Shown here piece after piece: positions 51,576 through 60,526 of a stretch of DNA of 64,000 nt. Each line of letters begins with the position of its first letter. The stretch's first letter is position 1. The stretch comes from Trueperaceae bacterium. GTDB taxonomy: Bacteria > Deinococcota > Deinococci > Deinococcales > Trueperaceae. The translations under genes and the position numbers were made by a program. Below the pieces are notes generated by a model that was not told where the DNA came from, did not search any database, and saw only the letters and a list, made by a program, of their open reading frames with translations. Location: contig JBBDRK010000069.1 of the NCBI GenBank assembly GCA_040905465.1, positions 1 to 64,000 of the forward strand, read 5' to 3'.

Positions 51576-52331
51576 TTATCGAGCCGGAGTCGACGAGCGC
51601 GAGTTTGCGGCCTTCACAGGTGCGCCGAGCTCGAACCAGCTACCGAGCACTTCGGTGGCTGCTTCGAGGGCGCCGCCGATGCGCCACCGGCGAAGGTCGC
51701 GCTCGCCCACCCGGTTGCTCACGCCTCTGACCTCGCCGAACGGGACACCGAGGGCGAGGCACACCTGGGCGGCCGCGGCGCCCTCCATCGATTCTACGGC
51801 CACTCGGAATCGACCGGTAGCCGGAACCGTCTCCTGTGCAATACCCGTAACCGTCTCCGCCGTGCCGAACGGCAGCGCCGGCCAGCGACCGCCGCCGAGG
51901 ACGGCGGCGAACTCCGAGTCGACCGGCACCCGGTTGAAGATCCGTTGCGGCGTAGTAAGGAGCGGGAAGCCCAGGCTTTCCAGGTCCTCGAATCCGTTGG
52001 CTGTGTCGGCGCCCAAGTCGAGGTGCACCTCCTCGGCGGCCACGGCGGCCGAGCCGGGGTCGAGGCCCCAACCGTCGAAGGCGCCGCCGACTCCAAGTTG
52101 CACTACCGCTCCTGGCCGCAGCAGGTCGATGGCCAGAGCAAGGCCGGCGGCAGTGTTGGCTTTGCCCACACCTAGCCAGGCGACCACCGCCGGGACGCCG
52201 CAGACGTGACCGGCATGTGCCTCGCCGTAAGGCAGTGGTTTCAGGGACGGACCGTCGAGCCGCTCGAGGAGAGGTTCGACCTCCCTCCGAGTCGCGCCGA
52301 CGACCAGGCGGAGCGGCCGAGCGTCATCCAC
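51576..52331 (-). CDS. mqnB: Futalosine hydrolase
   Basis: GVGKAN, GVGGAF, ESMEGAA, EVRGVSNRVGERD. Confidence 0.88.
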   Translation of the reverse strand: MDDARPLRLVVGATRREVEPLLERLDGPSLKPLPYGEAHAGHVCGVPAVVAWLGVGKANTAAGLALAIDLLRPGAVVQLGVGGAFDGWGLDPGSAAVAAEEVHLDLGADTANGFEDLESLGFPLLTTPQRIFNRVPVDSEFAAVLGGGRWPALPFGTAETVTGIAQETVPATGRFRVAVESMEGAAAAQVCLALGVPFGEVRGVSNRVGERDLRRWRIGGALEAATEVLGSWFELGAPVKAANSRSSTPAR

Positions 52332-52342
52332 CCCGACTCCGC

Positions 52343-53275
52343 TCAGGCGACCCGTGCCGGAATGTCGAGGAGCGCCTGCACGAAGGCAGCCGCATCGTAA
52401 GGCTGCAGGTCCTCGGCCTGCTCGCCCACACCGATGAACCTGATCGGCAGTTCCACTTCACGCGTGATCGGCAGGAGGATCCCGCCCTTGGCGCTGCCGT
52501 CGAGCTTGGTAACAATCACGCCGGTCACGCCTACCGCCTCGTGGAACTTCCGCGCCTGCTCGAGGCCGTTCTGGCCGGTTACCGCATCGAGTACCAGCCA
52601 CACGTCGCGCGGTTCTCCCGGGTCGGCCTTGGCGATCACACGCTTGACCTTCTTGAGCTCCTCCATGAGGTTGTGCTTGGTATGCAGCCGGCCGGCGGTG
52701 TCGACGAACAGCAGATCGTATCCGCGCGCCTTGCGAGACTGCGCCGCGTCGAACGCTACCGCGCCCGGGTCGCTGCCGTCGGGGCCGCTGACCGTCGGGA
52801 TCTCCAGCCGCTCGCCCCACAGCTCCAGTTGAGCGGTCGCGGCAGCCCGGAAAGTGTCGCCGGCCGCGAACATGACCCGTTTGCCGTGGCTTCGGTAGTA
52901 GCGGCCGAGCTTGGCGATGGTCGTGGTCTTGCCTACTCCGTTCACTCCCACGACCATCACCACCTTGCCCAACGGCTCTACCTGGTGACGGGTGACGTCC
53001 AGTTCGAAGCCGACCCGGCGCAGCTTCTGGCGCATCCGATTGGGCTCGAGCTGGTCGAGCAGTGCCTGCTCGAGAGCATCCCGGAACGAGGTGCCTCGCT
53101 CGCGCTCTCGCTTTGCTCCGGCCACCACGTCCTCGGCGATGCGAGCCCCGACGTCGGCTCCGATCAGGGCGAACTCCAGATCCTCCCAGTCCATCTCCCA
53201 GCCGTGACCGGTGTCCTGAGCCAGGACGTCGCGCGTGCGCCCCAAGCCCTGACGCAGCCTGTCGAACCACGCCAT
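52343..53275 (-). CDS. ftsY: Signal recognition particle receptor
   Basis: GVNGVGKTT, DTFRAAA, DTAGRL, TKLDG. Confidence 0.96.
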   Translation of the reverse strand: MAWFDRLRQGLGRTRDVLAQDTGHGWEMDWEDLEFALIGADVGARIAEDVVAGAKRERERGTSFRDALEQALLDQLEPNRMRQKLRRVGFELDVTRHQVEPLGKVVMVVGVNGVGKTTTIAKLGRYYRSHGKRVMFAAGDTFRAAATAQLELWGERLEIPTVSGPDGSDPGAVAFDAAQSRKARGYDLLFVDTAGRLHTKHNLMEELKKVKRVIAKADPGEPRDVWLVLDAVTGQNGLEQARKFHEAVGVTGVIVTKLDGSAKGGILLPITREVELPIRFIGVGEQAEDLQPYDAAAFVQALLDIPARVA

Positions 53276-54855
53276 CAGCTGCTGGCGCCCGTCTTCTGCG
53301 AATCGCCCTGCGCATGCTTCTGTCGCGATCGGGCTTCGTTCTCCGCCTTCACCCGGGCCTTTTCCTGCGCCTCCTGCTGGGCTTTTTTCTGGGGGTTGTC
53401 GTCGGGCAGCCCGGAGTTGATGACCTGAATGGCACGACCGATCCGCGCAAGCACCGTCTGCTTTCCGAGAATGGTTATCAGGTCGATGACCGACGGGGTA
53501 TTGCTGCGCCCACTGAGGGCCACACGAAGCGGCATCATCACCTTGCCCAGGCCGACGCTCTGCTCCTGCACGTAGTCGTGGACCAGTTCATCGATGCTGT
53601 CGTAATCGAAGAACTCGAGCATCGAGAGCTCCCGCTCCAGGTCCTCCAGGTAGGACTGGCCGGCCGCCAGGCGCTTGCGGGCATCCTCGTCGTAGAAGAT
53701 GCTGTCGTCGAAAAAGTAGCCGCTCTGCTCGACGAAGTCGGTGAGCGTCTCCACGCGCGGCTGCAACACGTCGATCACGTCCAGGAGGTAATCCTCCTCG
53801 GTCCAGTCGTAACCGCCGGCGCGCAGCAGCGGGGCGGCGCGCCGGGCAACCTCGTCGAGCGGCAGCAGCTCGCGCAGGTACTTGGCATTGAAGTGTCGCA
53901 GCTTCTTCAGGTCGAAAACCGGGCCGCCCAGGGAGATCCGCTCCAGCGAGAACATGGCGACCATGTCGTCGACCGAGAAGAACTCGCGCCCATCCGGCAT
54001 GCTCCAGCCCATGTTGCCCAGGAAGTTCAGGAGCGCCTCGGGCACGATCCCCTGATTCCGGTAGGAGTCCACGCTGGTGTCGAGCTTGCGCTTGCTGATC
54101 TTGGTCTTGTTCTTATCGGGGTTCCGGAGCAACGGCATGTGAGCGAATACCGGCAACGGCCAGTCGAACGCCCGGTAAAGCAGCACGTGGATCGGTGTGG
54201 ACGTGATCCACTCCTCGGCGCGAACGACGTGGGTTACCTCCATGAGCCTGTCATCGACGACGTTGGCGAGGTGGTAGGTCGGAAATCCGTCGCTCTTGAG
54301 GATCACCGGATCGCGGATCTCCTTGTTGGCGATCGAAATCGGGCCCCGCAACTGGTCCGCGAAGTCGGTCGAGCCGCGCTCAGGCGTGACCAGGCGGACC
54401 ACATGCGGTTCCCAAGCGGCCGCCCGGCGCTGCTGCTCGTCGACCGGTACGGCACGGCCGCGGGCGTCGTAACCAGGATCCTGTCCACGGCGCTTCTGTT
54501 CGCGGCGCATCTCGTCGAGCTCGGCCGCCGTCTCGAAGGCACGGTACGCCTTGCCCTGGTCCAGCAGGCGATCGACGTGCTCACGGTAGATGGCGAGCCG
54601 CTCGCTCTGACGGTACGGACCATTCGAGCCGCCCCGGCGCGGGCTCTCGTCGGGCTCGAGGCCGAGCCAGGTCATCGTGTCGAGGATGCTCTCTTCCGAG
54701 GCGGGATCGTAGCGTTCCCGGTCGGTGTCTTCGACGCGGAGGATGAACCGCCCACCGTGACTCTTGGCGAGCGCGTAGTTGAACAGTCCGATGTAGGCCG
54801 TTCCGACGTGGGGGTCACCCGTCGGCGAGGGCGCTATTCGGGTCACGACAGTCAT
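53275..54855 (-). CDS. gltX: Glutamyl-tRNA synthetase
   Basis: RIAPSPTG, HVG, PTYHLA, KISKR. Confidence 0.95.
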   Translation of the reverse strand: MTVVTRIAPSPTGDPHVGTAYIGLFNYALAKSHGGRFILRVEDTDRERYDPASEESILDTMTWLGLEPDESPRRGGSNGPYRQSERLAIYREHVDRLLDQGKAYRAFETAAELDEMRREQKRRGQDPGYDARGRAVPVDEQQRRAAAWEPHVVRLVTPERGSTDFADQLRGPISIANKEIRDPVILKSDGFPTYHLANVVDDRLMEVTHVVRAEEWITSTPIHVLLYRAFDWPLPVFAHMPLLRNPDKNKTKISKRKLDTSVDSYRNQGIVPEALLNFLGNMGWSMPDGREFFSVDDMVAMFSLERISLGGPVFDLKKLRHFNAKYLRELLPLDEVARRAAPLLRAGGYDWTEEDYLLDVIDVLQPRVETLTDFVEQSGYFFDDSIFYDEDARKRLAAGQSYLEDLERELSMLEFFDYDSIDELVHDYVQEQSVGLGKVMMPLRVALSGRSNTPSVIDLITILGKQTVLARIGRAIQVINSGLPDDNPQKKAQQEAQEKARVKAENEARSRQKHAQGDSQKTGASS

Positions 54856-54941
54856 GGTGAACCCTCCCTATGCGGGCATTCTAGCTCAGGCGCGTGCGGC
54901 CGAGTGTCGTCTCTGGGCCGCTGACAACGGACTTTTCGGCT

Positions 54942-55751
54942 CTACCTGAACGCCAGCGAGACCAGCGTGAGCGCCGATACGGTCCAGAGGTAGGGAGCGA
55001 AGATCCTGAAGCGCCCGCGGCGCAGCAGCCGGAACAGCCACACCAGTGCCAGGTAACCGGTAACGAACGATGCGACAGTCATCGCGGCCACTGCCGCAAG
55101 CGGAATCTCGGCGGCCCGCACCTCGGTCATGCCCAGTAGCGCGACGCCGAACGAGGCCACCAGGTAGAGCAGGAAAGAGAAACGCGCGGCCAAGGCGCCG
55201 TCGCAACCGCGACCGAGCAGGGTAGCTATGGTGGCGCCGGAGCGCGATATGCCGGGCACGACCGCCAGCCCTTGCGCCACGCCGGCGATAAGCGCGTCCT
55301 TGAAAGTCAGCGTGGCCGGGGTGGACTTGGCTCCGGTCTTCGGGGCTACCCAGAGTATCAGCCCGGTCACCGCCAGCGCGATCGCCACCGGGAACGGTGC
55401 GTTGAGCGTGTGGAAAACGCCGCGCAGGGCAAGGCCCAGGAGCGCGGTGGGAATCGATCCCGCCAGCACCAGCAGCGCCAGCCGCCAGCCTTCGCCCAGC
55501 CGCGCCTCGGCGCTGACCAATCCCCTGAAGAACCCGCTCAACGCCTGCCAGACGTCCTGCCTGAGCACGATCAATACCGCCAGCAGAGTGCCGGTATTGG
55601 TGGCTATGTCCACGGCCAACTCCAGCGAGCCGTCGCCTTCGTCGAAACCGAAGAACCAGTTGGCCAGCACCAGGTGCCCGGACGACGAGACCGGCAGGAA
55701 CTCGGTAAGCCCCTGGACAATGCCCAACACGACGGCTTCGAATACGGTCAC
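54942..55751 (-). CDS. uppP: Undecaprenyl-diphosphate phosphatase
   Basis: QGLTEFLPVSSSGH, PGISRSG. Confidence 0.95.
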   Translation of the reverse strand: MTVFEAVVLGIVQGLTEFLPVSSSGHLVLANWFFGFDEGDGSLELAVDIATNTGTLLAVLIVLRQDVWQALSGFFRGLVSAEARLGEGWRLALLVLAGSIPTALLGLALRGVFHTLNAPFPVAIALAVTGLILWVAPKTGAKSTPATLTFKDALIAGVAQGLAVVPGISRSGATIATLLGRGCDGALAARFSFLLYLVASFGVALLGMTEVRAAEIPLAAVAAMTVASFVTGYLALVWLFRLLRRGRFRIFAPYLWTVSALTLVSLAFR

Positions 55752-55787
55752 GGCTTACCTATCTGATCTGAACCTGACTACCGAGAA

Positions 55788-55822
55788 CCGGGGCTGGAGA
55801 GAGCGTGTCTCTCCAGCCCCGG
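55788..55822 (-). terminator. Hairpin downstream of rpsI
   Basis: 15-bp perfect stem ccggggctggagaga/tctctccagccccgg; weak U-tract. Confidence 0.7.
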
Positions 55823-55871
55823 CACTAACCGATGCCTGCGCAACGCAAGCCGGCGGGTCGACTGGCGTCGC

Positions 55872-56258
55872 TCAGCGCTTGCTGAACTGCGGCGCGCGGC
55901 GCGCCTTCTTGAGTCCGTACTTCTTGCGTTCGACCACTCGTGCGTCCCGGCTGAGGTAGCCGCCCTGCTTGAGCGCCGGCCGGAAGTTGGGGTCCACGTG
56001 CAGGAGCGCGCGGGCGACCCCCAGGCGGATCGCGTCCGCCTGGCCGCTCGGACCGCCACCGGCAACGGTGATGAGCGCGTCATAGCGACCCGCGGTGTTG
56101 GTGACTTTGAGCGGCTCGAGCGCCTGCACGCCCACCAGGATGCCACGGAAGAAGTCCTGGAAGTCCTTGCCGTTAACGGTGATGCGACCACTACCGGGGC
56201 GCAGGAATACGCGGGCTATCGCTGCCTTGCGGCGGCCGGTCCCATAATACTGCTCCAT
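55872..56258 (-). CDS. rpsI: 30S ribosomal protein S9
   Basis: [25 protein letters not shown]. Confidence 0.97.
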   Translation of the reverse strand: MEQYYGTGRRKAAIARVFLRPGSGRITVNGKDFQDFFRGILVGVQALEPLKVTNTAGRYDALITVAGGGPSGQADAIRLGVARALLHVDPNFRPALKQGGYLSRDARVVERKKYGLKKARRAPQFSKR

Positions 56259-56329
56259 CAGACGAGCTCCATCTCTAGCGGCTTCCGGTCACGGGGCGTC
56301 GCCCGGTCCCATTCGATATCGTTTTCCAT
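56258..56329 (-). CDS. Putative 23-aa bridging mini-ORF from a duplicated rplM-rpsI junction
   Basis: [28 protein letters not shown] overlaps at both ends. Confidence 0.5.
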   Translation of the reverse strand: MENDIEWDRATPRDRKPLEMELV

Positions 56330-56754
56330 CAAGCGAGCTCCATCTCTTTCGGCTGTTGTGCGGCGTGCGGGTGAGCGGCGCCTGCGTAAACCTTCATGCG
56401 GCGAATCAGCCTGCGGCCCATTCGGGTCTTCGGCAGCATTCCCCACACCGCCCGCTCCAAGACGCGCTCAGGGTGCTTGGTGAGCATCTCCCGCGCGGTG
56501 GTGCTGCGCAGCCCGCCCTGGTAGCCGGTGTAACGCGTGTACACCTTCTGATCGAGCTTGTGGCCGCTGAATACGACCTTCTCGGCGTTGACTACCACCA
56601 CGAAGTCTCCTCCGGGCTGGTTTGGCGTGTAATCGACTTTGTGCTTCCCGCGCAGGACCTGGGCGATCTGCGTAGCCAAACGGCCAACGGTCTGGCCCTC
56701 GGCGTCGATCAGCACCCACTCGTGCGTCGTTTCCTTGGGAAAATAGGTCTTCAC
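56329..56754 (-). CDS. rplM: 50S ribosomal protein L13
   Basis: [26 protein letters not shown]. Confidence 0.97.
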   Translation of the reverse strand: MKTYFPKETTHEWVLIDAEGQTVGRLATQIAQVLRGKHKVDYTPNQPGGDFVVVVNAEKVVFSGHKLDQKVYTRYTGYQGGLRSTTAREMLTKHPERVLERAVWGMLPKTRMGRRLIRRMKVYAGAAHPHAAQQPKEMELA

Positions 56755-57062
56755 TTCAAGTCACGTCCTCTGGCTTGGGGTTGCTCTGCCGAATCCATCG
56801 CGTCCATCGTCCCGGATGCCTTGTTCGATCGATCGTTTCCCAGTTGATCGTACGGAGACGACCGAGCCCCGGCGCCCGGCGCCAGGTTCGAACGGGCAGT
56901 ACCGTGGCCGACAAGGCACGAAACCAAACGAAAGTGTAGCACATGCCCGCCGGCCTCGTAAAGCTGGGCGACGACAGCGAACAACGTGACAGTCGCTTCG
57001 GCGGCGGCCGCAGCGGAAGCGGCCCGGCCTTGCGCTACAATCGCACCACTCGGGAGGCCCAT

Positions 57063-59432
57063 ATGCTCCGTGCCCTGCGCGGCCTGCTGCTATTCGTCGT
57101 TCTCGCTCTGATCGTGCTCGCTGGGTTGTACGCCTGGGTGCAGACATCGCTGCCGCGCCGTCAGGGCGCCATCTTGCTCGGCGGGCTCTCCGCCGCAGTC
57201 GAGGTGGCTCGCGACGTGGACGGAGTACCGCATATCGACGCCGCCTCCCAGGAGGACGTCTATTTCGCGCTCGGCTTCGTCCACGCCCAGGACCGGCTGT
57301 GGCAGATGGAGGAGCGCAGGTTGCTGGCTGCGGGTCGCCTGGCTGAGCTGTTGGGCGAGCGCGCGCTTGCCAGCGATCGCTTCATGCGCTCGTTGGGGCT
57401 CTATGGCGCGGCCGAGCGCGACCTGCAGGCTCTAACGCCGCGAGCGCGCGGAATCGTGCAGGCGTACAGCGAAGGGATCAACGCGTTCCTCGACCGACGC
57501 TCCGGCGCGCCGCCGCCCGAGTTCCTCCTCCTGGGACATCGGCCCGAGCCATGGGCGCCGGTCGATGTGCTGGCGCGGGCGAAGCTGTTCGCCTGGGAGC
57601 AGGCGGGTGACTGGCGAGAAGACCTGCTACATGGGCTGATAGCGGCCGAAGCGGGCGCGACGGCGTCCCGAAGCCTGTGGCCCACCGCCGCGACGGACGA
57701 GGCGGACCACCGAGCGGCACCGCCGGATCTCTTGCGGCGATTGCCCCTGATGAGTTTGCTGGACGCGACCGCCGGCTTCGCGGGTGGAGGGGACTCCTCG
57801 TTGGCGTGGGCAGTCTCCGGCGAGCACACCGCGGGGGGCGCGGCCCTGCTGGCCATCGAACGGCACGGAGAACAGCAGGCGCCGAGCCCCTGGTATCTGG
57901 TACAGCTGACGGCTCCAGGGCTGGACGTTTCCGGTGCGACGCTCCCCGGCATCCCGGCCGTCCTGGTTGGCCGCAACGACGCGATCGCCTGGGCGCTGAC
58001 CGGCGCTGACCACGATACGCAGGATCTGTACATCGAGAGGCTGGAGGCGGACCGTTACCTGACGCCCGACGGTTGGCAAGAGCTGGAGACAGTCAGCGAG
58101 TCGCTGGAGGTCCGGGGCGGCGACGACGTGCAAATGTTGGTGAGGCGCACTCGGCACGGTCCGCTCGTCTCCGACGCGCTGGGGCCCGAATCGATCGACG
58201 GCGGCCGGATAGACGAATCGACCGCGAGCGGGGAGAGCCTGGGACTGTCACTGAGCTGGACGGCGCTGCTGGAGGTCGATCGCTCGCTGCAAGGGGCCAT
58301 CGACATCTCGTTCGCTCGCAATTGGGACCAACTGGGCGACGCGCTGCGAAATCTGCAAGAGAGCGGACAGTCGGTGCTCTATGCCGATGTCGAAGGCAGT
58401 ATCGGTGTGCAGACAACCGGACGCGTCCCGGTACGCGCCGCAGGCGTCGGGCGCCTGCCGGTGCCGGGTTGGGACGAGTCTTTTGACTGGGACGGCTTCG
58501 TTCCCTACGCCGAGCTCCCGCGAATACGCGACCCGGCATCAGGAGTGATAGTTGCCGCCGGCGGGGAACCGCCGCAGACCTCCCGCGCACCCTCCCGGCA
58601 GAGACCGCCGGCCTCTCGGCAGATTCTCGAGCTTCTCAACGACCTCGAGTTCCACACAGCTTTCAGCTTCGAACGGATGCTCGGCGAGAGGCCACTGCCG
58701 TTGACCGCGGACCTCCTGCCGCTAGCTCGTGCGGCCCGTCCGACAACCGATGCGGCTAGCCGGGCGCACGCCGAATTGCTGGCCTGGGACGGTTCCTCGA
58801 GCGGCGGCACGGCGGCGCCCATTCTCTTTTCGACATGGTATTCGACGCTGGCGCGGCTGATCTTCGCCGACGACCTCGGCGAAACGCTCGCCGCCGCCGT
58901 GGCCGAGCGGCCCGCGTTGATCGCCCGCGTGGTGAGCGGGCAACCGCAGTGGTGCGACGACGGGAGAACCGCGGAGGCCGAGGACTGCCGCGACCTGTCG
59001 ACCCGCGCTCTGCGCGACGCTGTGGCCCGTCTGGGAGAGCGCCACGGGGACGAGCCGGACTCCTGGCGGCGTCGGACCGGTTACGAAGAGATTCACGCTC
59101 ACCCGGTTCTGACCGGAACGACATTGGCCGGGCTCTTCGACGTTCGTATCGTTGTCGAGGAGGACGGTTCGGCCGGGAGGGCGGTAGCCGCGCCGGTAGC
59201 AGGTGCGCGCGGCGTGCCGGCCCGCGGACCGGTGCTCCGGGCGGTCTTCGACCTGGGCGATGACTCCTCTTCCGGCTACCTGCTGGCCACCGGCCAATCC
59301 GGGAATCCGCTGGCGCGAGACTACCGGGCGTTCACCGAGGATTGGGGGCGTGTCGACCTGGTTCCGCTGCGCCGCTACGGCGCTGCCGAGACCGGTTCCG
59401 GTCGGGTTCTGGTGTTGGAGCCTCGCCGCTGA
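57063..59432 (+). CDS. Penicillin acylase family (Ntn hydrolase) protein with degenerate active-site motifs
   Basis: RDVDGVPHI, GFVHAQDRLWQM, TRHGP, TGQSGNP. Confidence 0.85.
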   Translation: MLRALRGLLLFVVLALIVLAGLYAWVQTSLPRRQGAILLGGLSAAVEVARDVDGVPHIDAASQEDVYFALGFVHAQDRLWQMEERRLLAAGRLAELLGERALASDRFMRSLGLYGAAERDLQALTPRARGIVQAYSEGINAFLDRRSGAPPPEFLLLGHRPEPWAPVDVLARAKLFAWEQAGDWREDLLHGLIAAEAGATASRSLWPTAATDEADHRAAPPDLLRRLPLMSLLDATAGFAGGGDSSLAWAVSGEHTAGGAALLAIERHGEQQAPSPWYLVQLTAPGLDVSGATLPGIPAVLVGRNDAIAWALTGADHDTQDLYIERLEADRYLTPDGWQELETVSESLEVRGGDDVQMLVRRTRHGPLVSDALGPESIDGGRIDESTASGESLGLSLSWTALLEVDRSLQGAIDISFARNWDQLGDALRNLQESGQSVLYADVEGSIGVQTTGRVPVRAAGVGRLPVPGWDESFDWDGFVPYAELPRIRDPASGVIVAAGGEPPQTSRAPSRQRPPASRQILELLNDLEFHTAFSFERMLGERPLPLTADLLPLARAARPTTDAASRAHAELLAWDGSSSGGTAAPILFSTWYSTLARLIFADDLGETLAAAVAERPALIARVVSGQPQWCDDGRTAEAEDCRDLSTRALRDAVARLGERHGDEPDSWRRRTGYEEIHAHPVLTGTTLAGLFDVRIVVEEDGSAGRAVAAPVAGARGVPARGPVLRAVFDLGDDSSSGYLLATGQSGNPLARDYRAFTEDWGRVDLVPLRRYGAAETGSGRVLVLEPRR

Positions 59433-59433
59433 C

Positions 59434-60393
59434 TCAGCCGGGTGCGGGGTAAGGTTCGCCTCGCTGGGTGGCTGTGAACGTCGTGCGTAGGTTTAGGGCA
59501 TCGAGCAAGGCGGCCGTGCGCTCCTCCAGGACCGCCGGCTGGTGGTCGAGCAGGAGGTGCCAACCGGGACGGCCAAGCGCCCGAGCTCGTCGTGAGGGCG
59601 GCGGCTCGTCGGGCGGCTGGATGAGATCGTCGGCGGGAATCGCCTCCGCCCGGCCGTGCTGCAACGCCAGGGCCGCCAGTACGAAGTAGAAAGCGCTGCG
59701 AGAGGTAACCTCGACGGACTGCCCGTCGAACCTGGCCTCGAGCTTTCCGTGGAGATGACGTACCTGTTCGGCGATCGACTGCACCTCTCCCATGGCGATC
59801 CGTTGCAGCGTTACCGACTCTCCGGCCGTCCCCCGCGACCCCTCCGCGCCCTCGTGCCGCGCCTGCATCCGGTCCTCGGCAGGTCTGCCCCTCCCTGTCC
59901 TGCCGTCACGCAGCGCCTCCTTGGCACGGTCGAAGCGCTCGGACGGTTCGGTTCCCTCGGCCAGGAGCAGGTGGAGTACCTCGGCGAAACCCTCATCGAA
60001 CAGGTCGAACTCCAGGTTCCGCGCGTCGTCAGCCGTCGCCGCGCGCCAGACCCGCCCGTTGCTGGCGAGGGTCCAGGCGTGTTCGGCGCCTTCGCGGCCG
60101 ACTCCGGTCACCGGCGTTTCCACCGCGAAAACCGTCACCAGGACCGATTCGGCTCCATTGAGCAGGCGGTAGTCGGCTCGCTCGCGTGCCGGTTCGCCGG
60201 CCAGCCGCATCGTCTGCAGGTCGAAGATGTCTACCGCCAGGGAGTGCAGGAGCGGAAATACAGCAGCCTGTGCCAGGTCGATAGCGCTGGCACGCGGTCT
60301 CGCCACTAGTGCCCGCCGCGCCCGCTGCAGTGCCGCGGCGACCCTGAGGCGCTCGACCTCCAGGTGCGATTCGGGGACCGGTGTATCGCGCAT
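59434..60393 (-). CDS. Hypothetical protein with degenerate HsdR_N-like (PD-D/ExK) N-terminal domain
   Basis: VFPLLHSLAVDIFD..RADY..TLASNGRVW resembles the HsdR_N pattern; TAGACT 7 nt upstream of ATG. Confidence 0.55.
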   Translation of the reverse strand: MRDTPVPESHLEVERLRVAAALQRARRALVARPRASAIDLAQAAVFPLLHSLAVDIFDLQTMRLAGEPARERADYRLLNGAESVLVTVFAVETPVTGVGREGAEHAWTLASNGRVWRAATADDARNLEFDLFDEGFAEVLHLLLAEGTEPSERFDRAKEALRDGRTGRGRPAEDRMQARHEGAEGSRGTAGESVTLQRIAMGEVQSIAEQVRHLHGKLEARFDGQSVEVTSRSAFYFVLAALALQHGRAEAIPADDLIQPPDEPPPSRRARALGRPGWHLLLDHQPAVLEERTAALLDALNLRTTFTATQRGEPYPAPG

Positions 60394-60526
60394 CCTCCTA
60401 AGTCTACCGCCCGTCGGCGGGTCGTAGTGGGCGCCGGCAGCTGCGGCTCCGGCTTCCGGACCGATGTTGCGGACGCCATTACTCCGGAACGCACTGCACC
60501 GTGTTCCTCGAGCGGTCTCGAGATCG

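Noticed and set aside
56755-57062. Small ORFs or a structured RNA in the rplM leader
   Set aside because: No convincing coding signal or recognisable RNA family by eye; an Rfam/Infernal search would be needed
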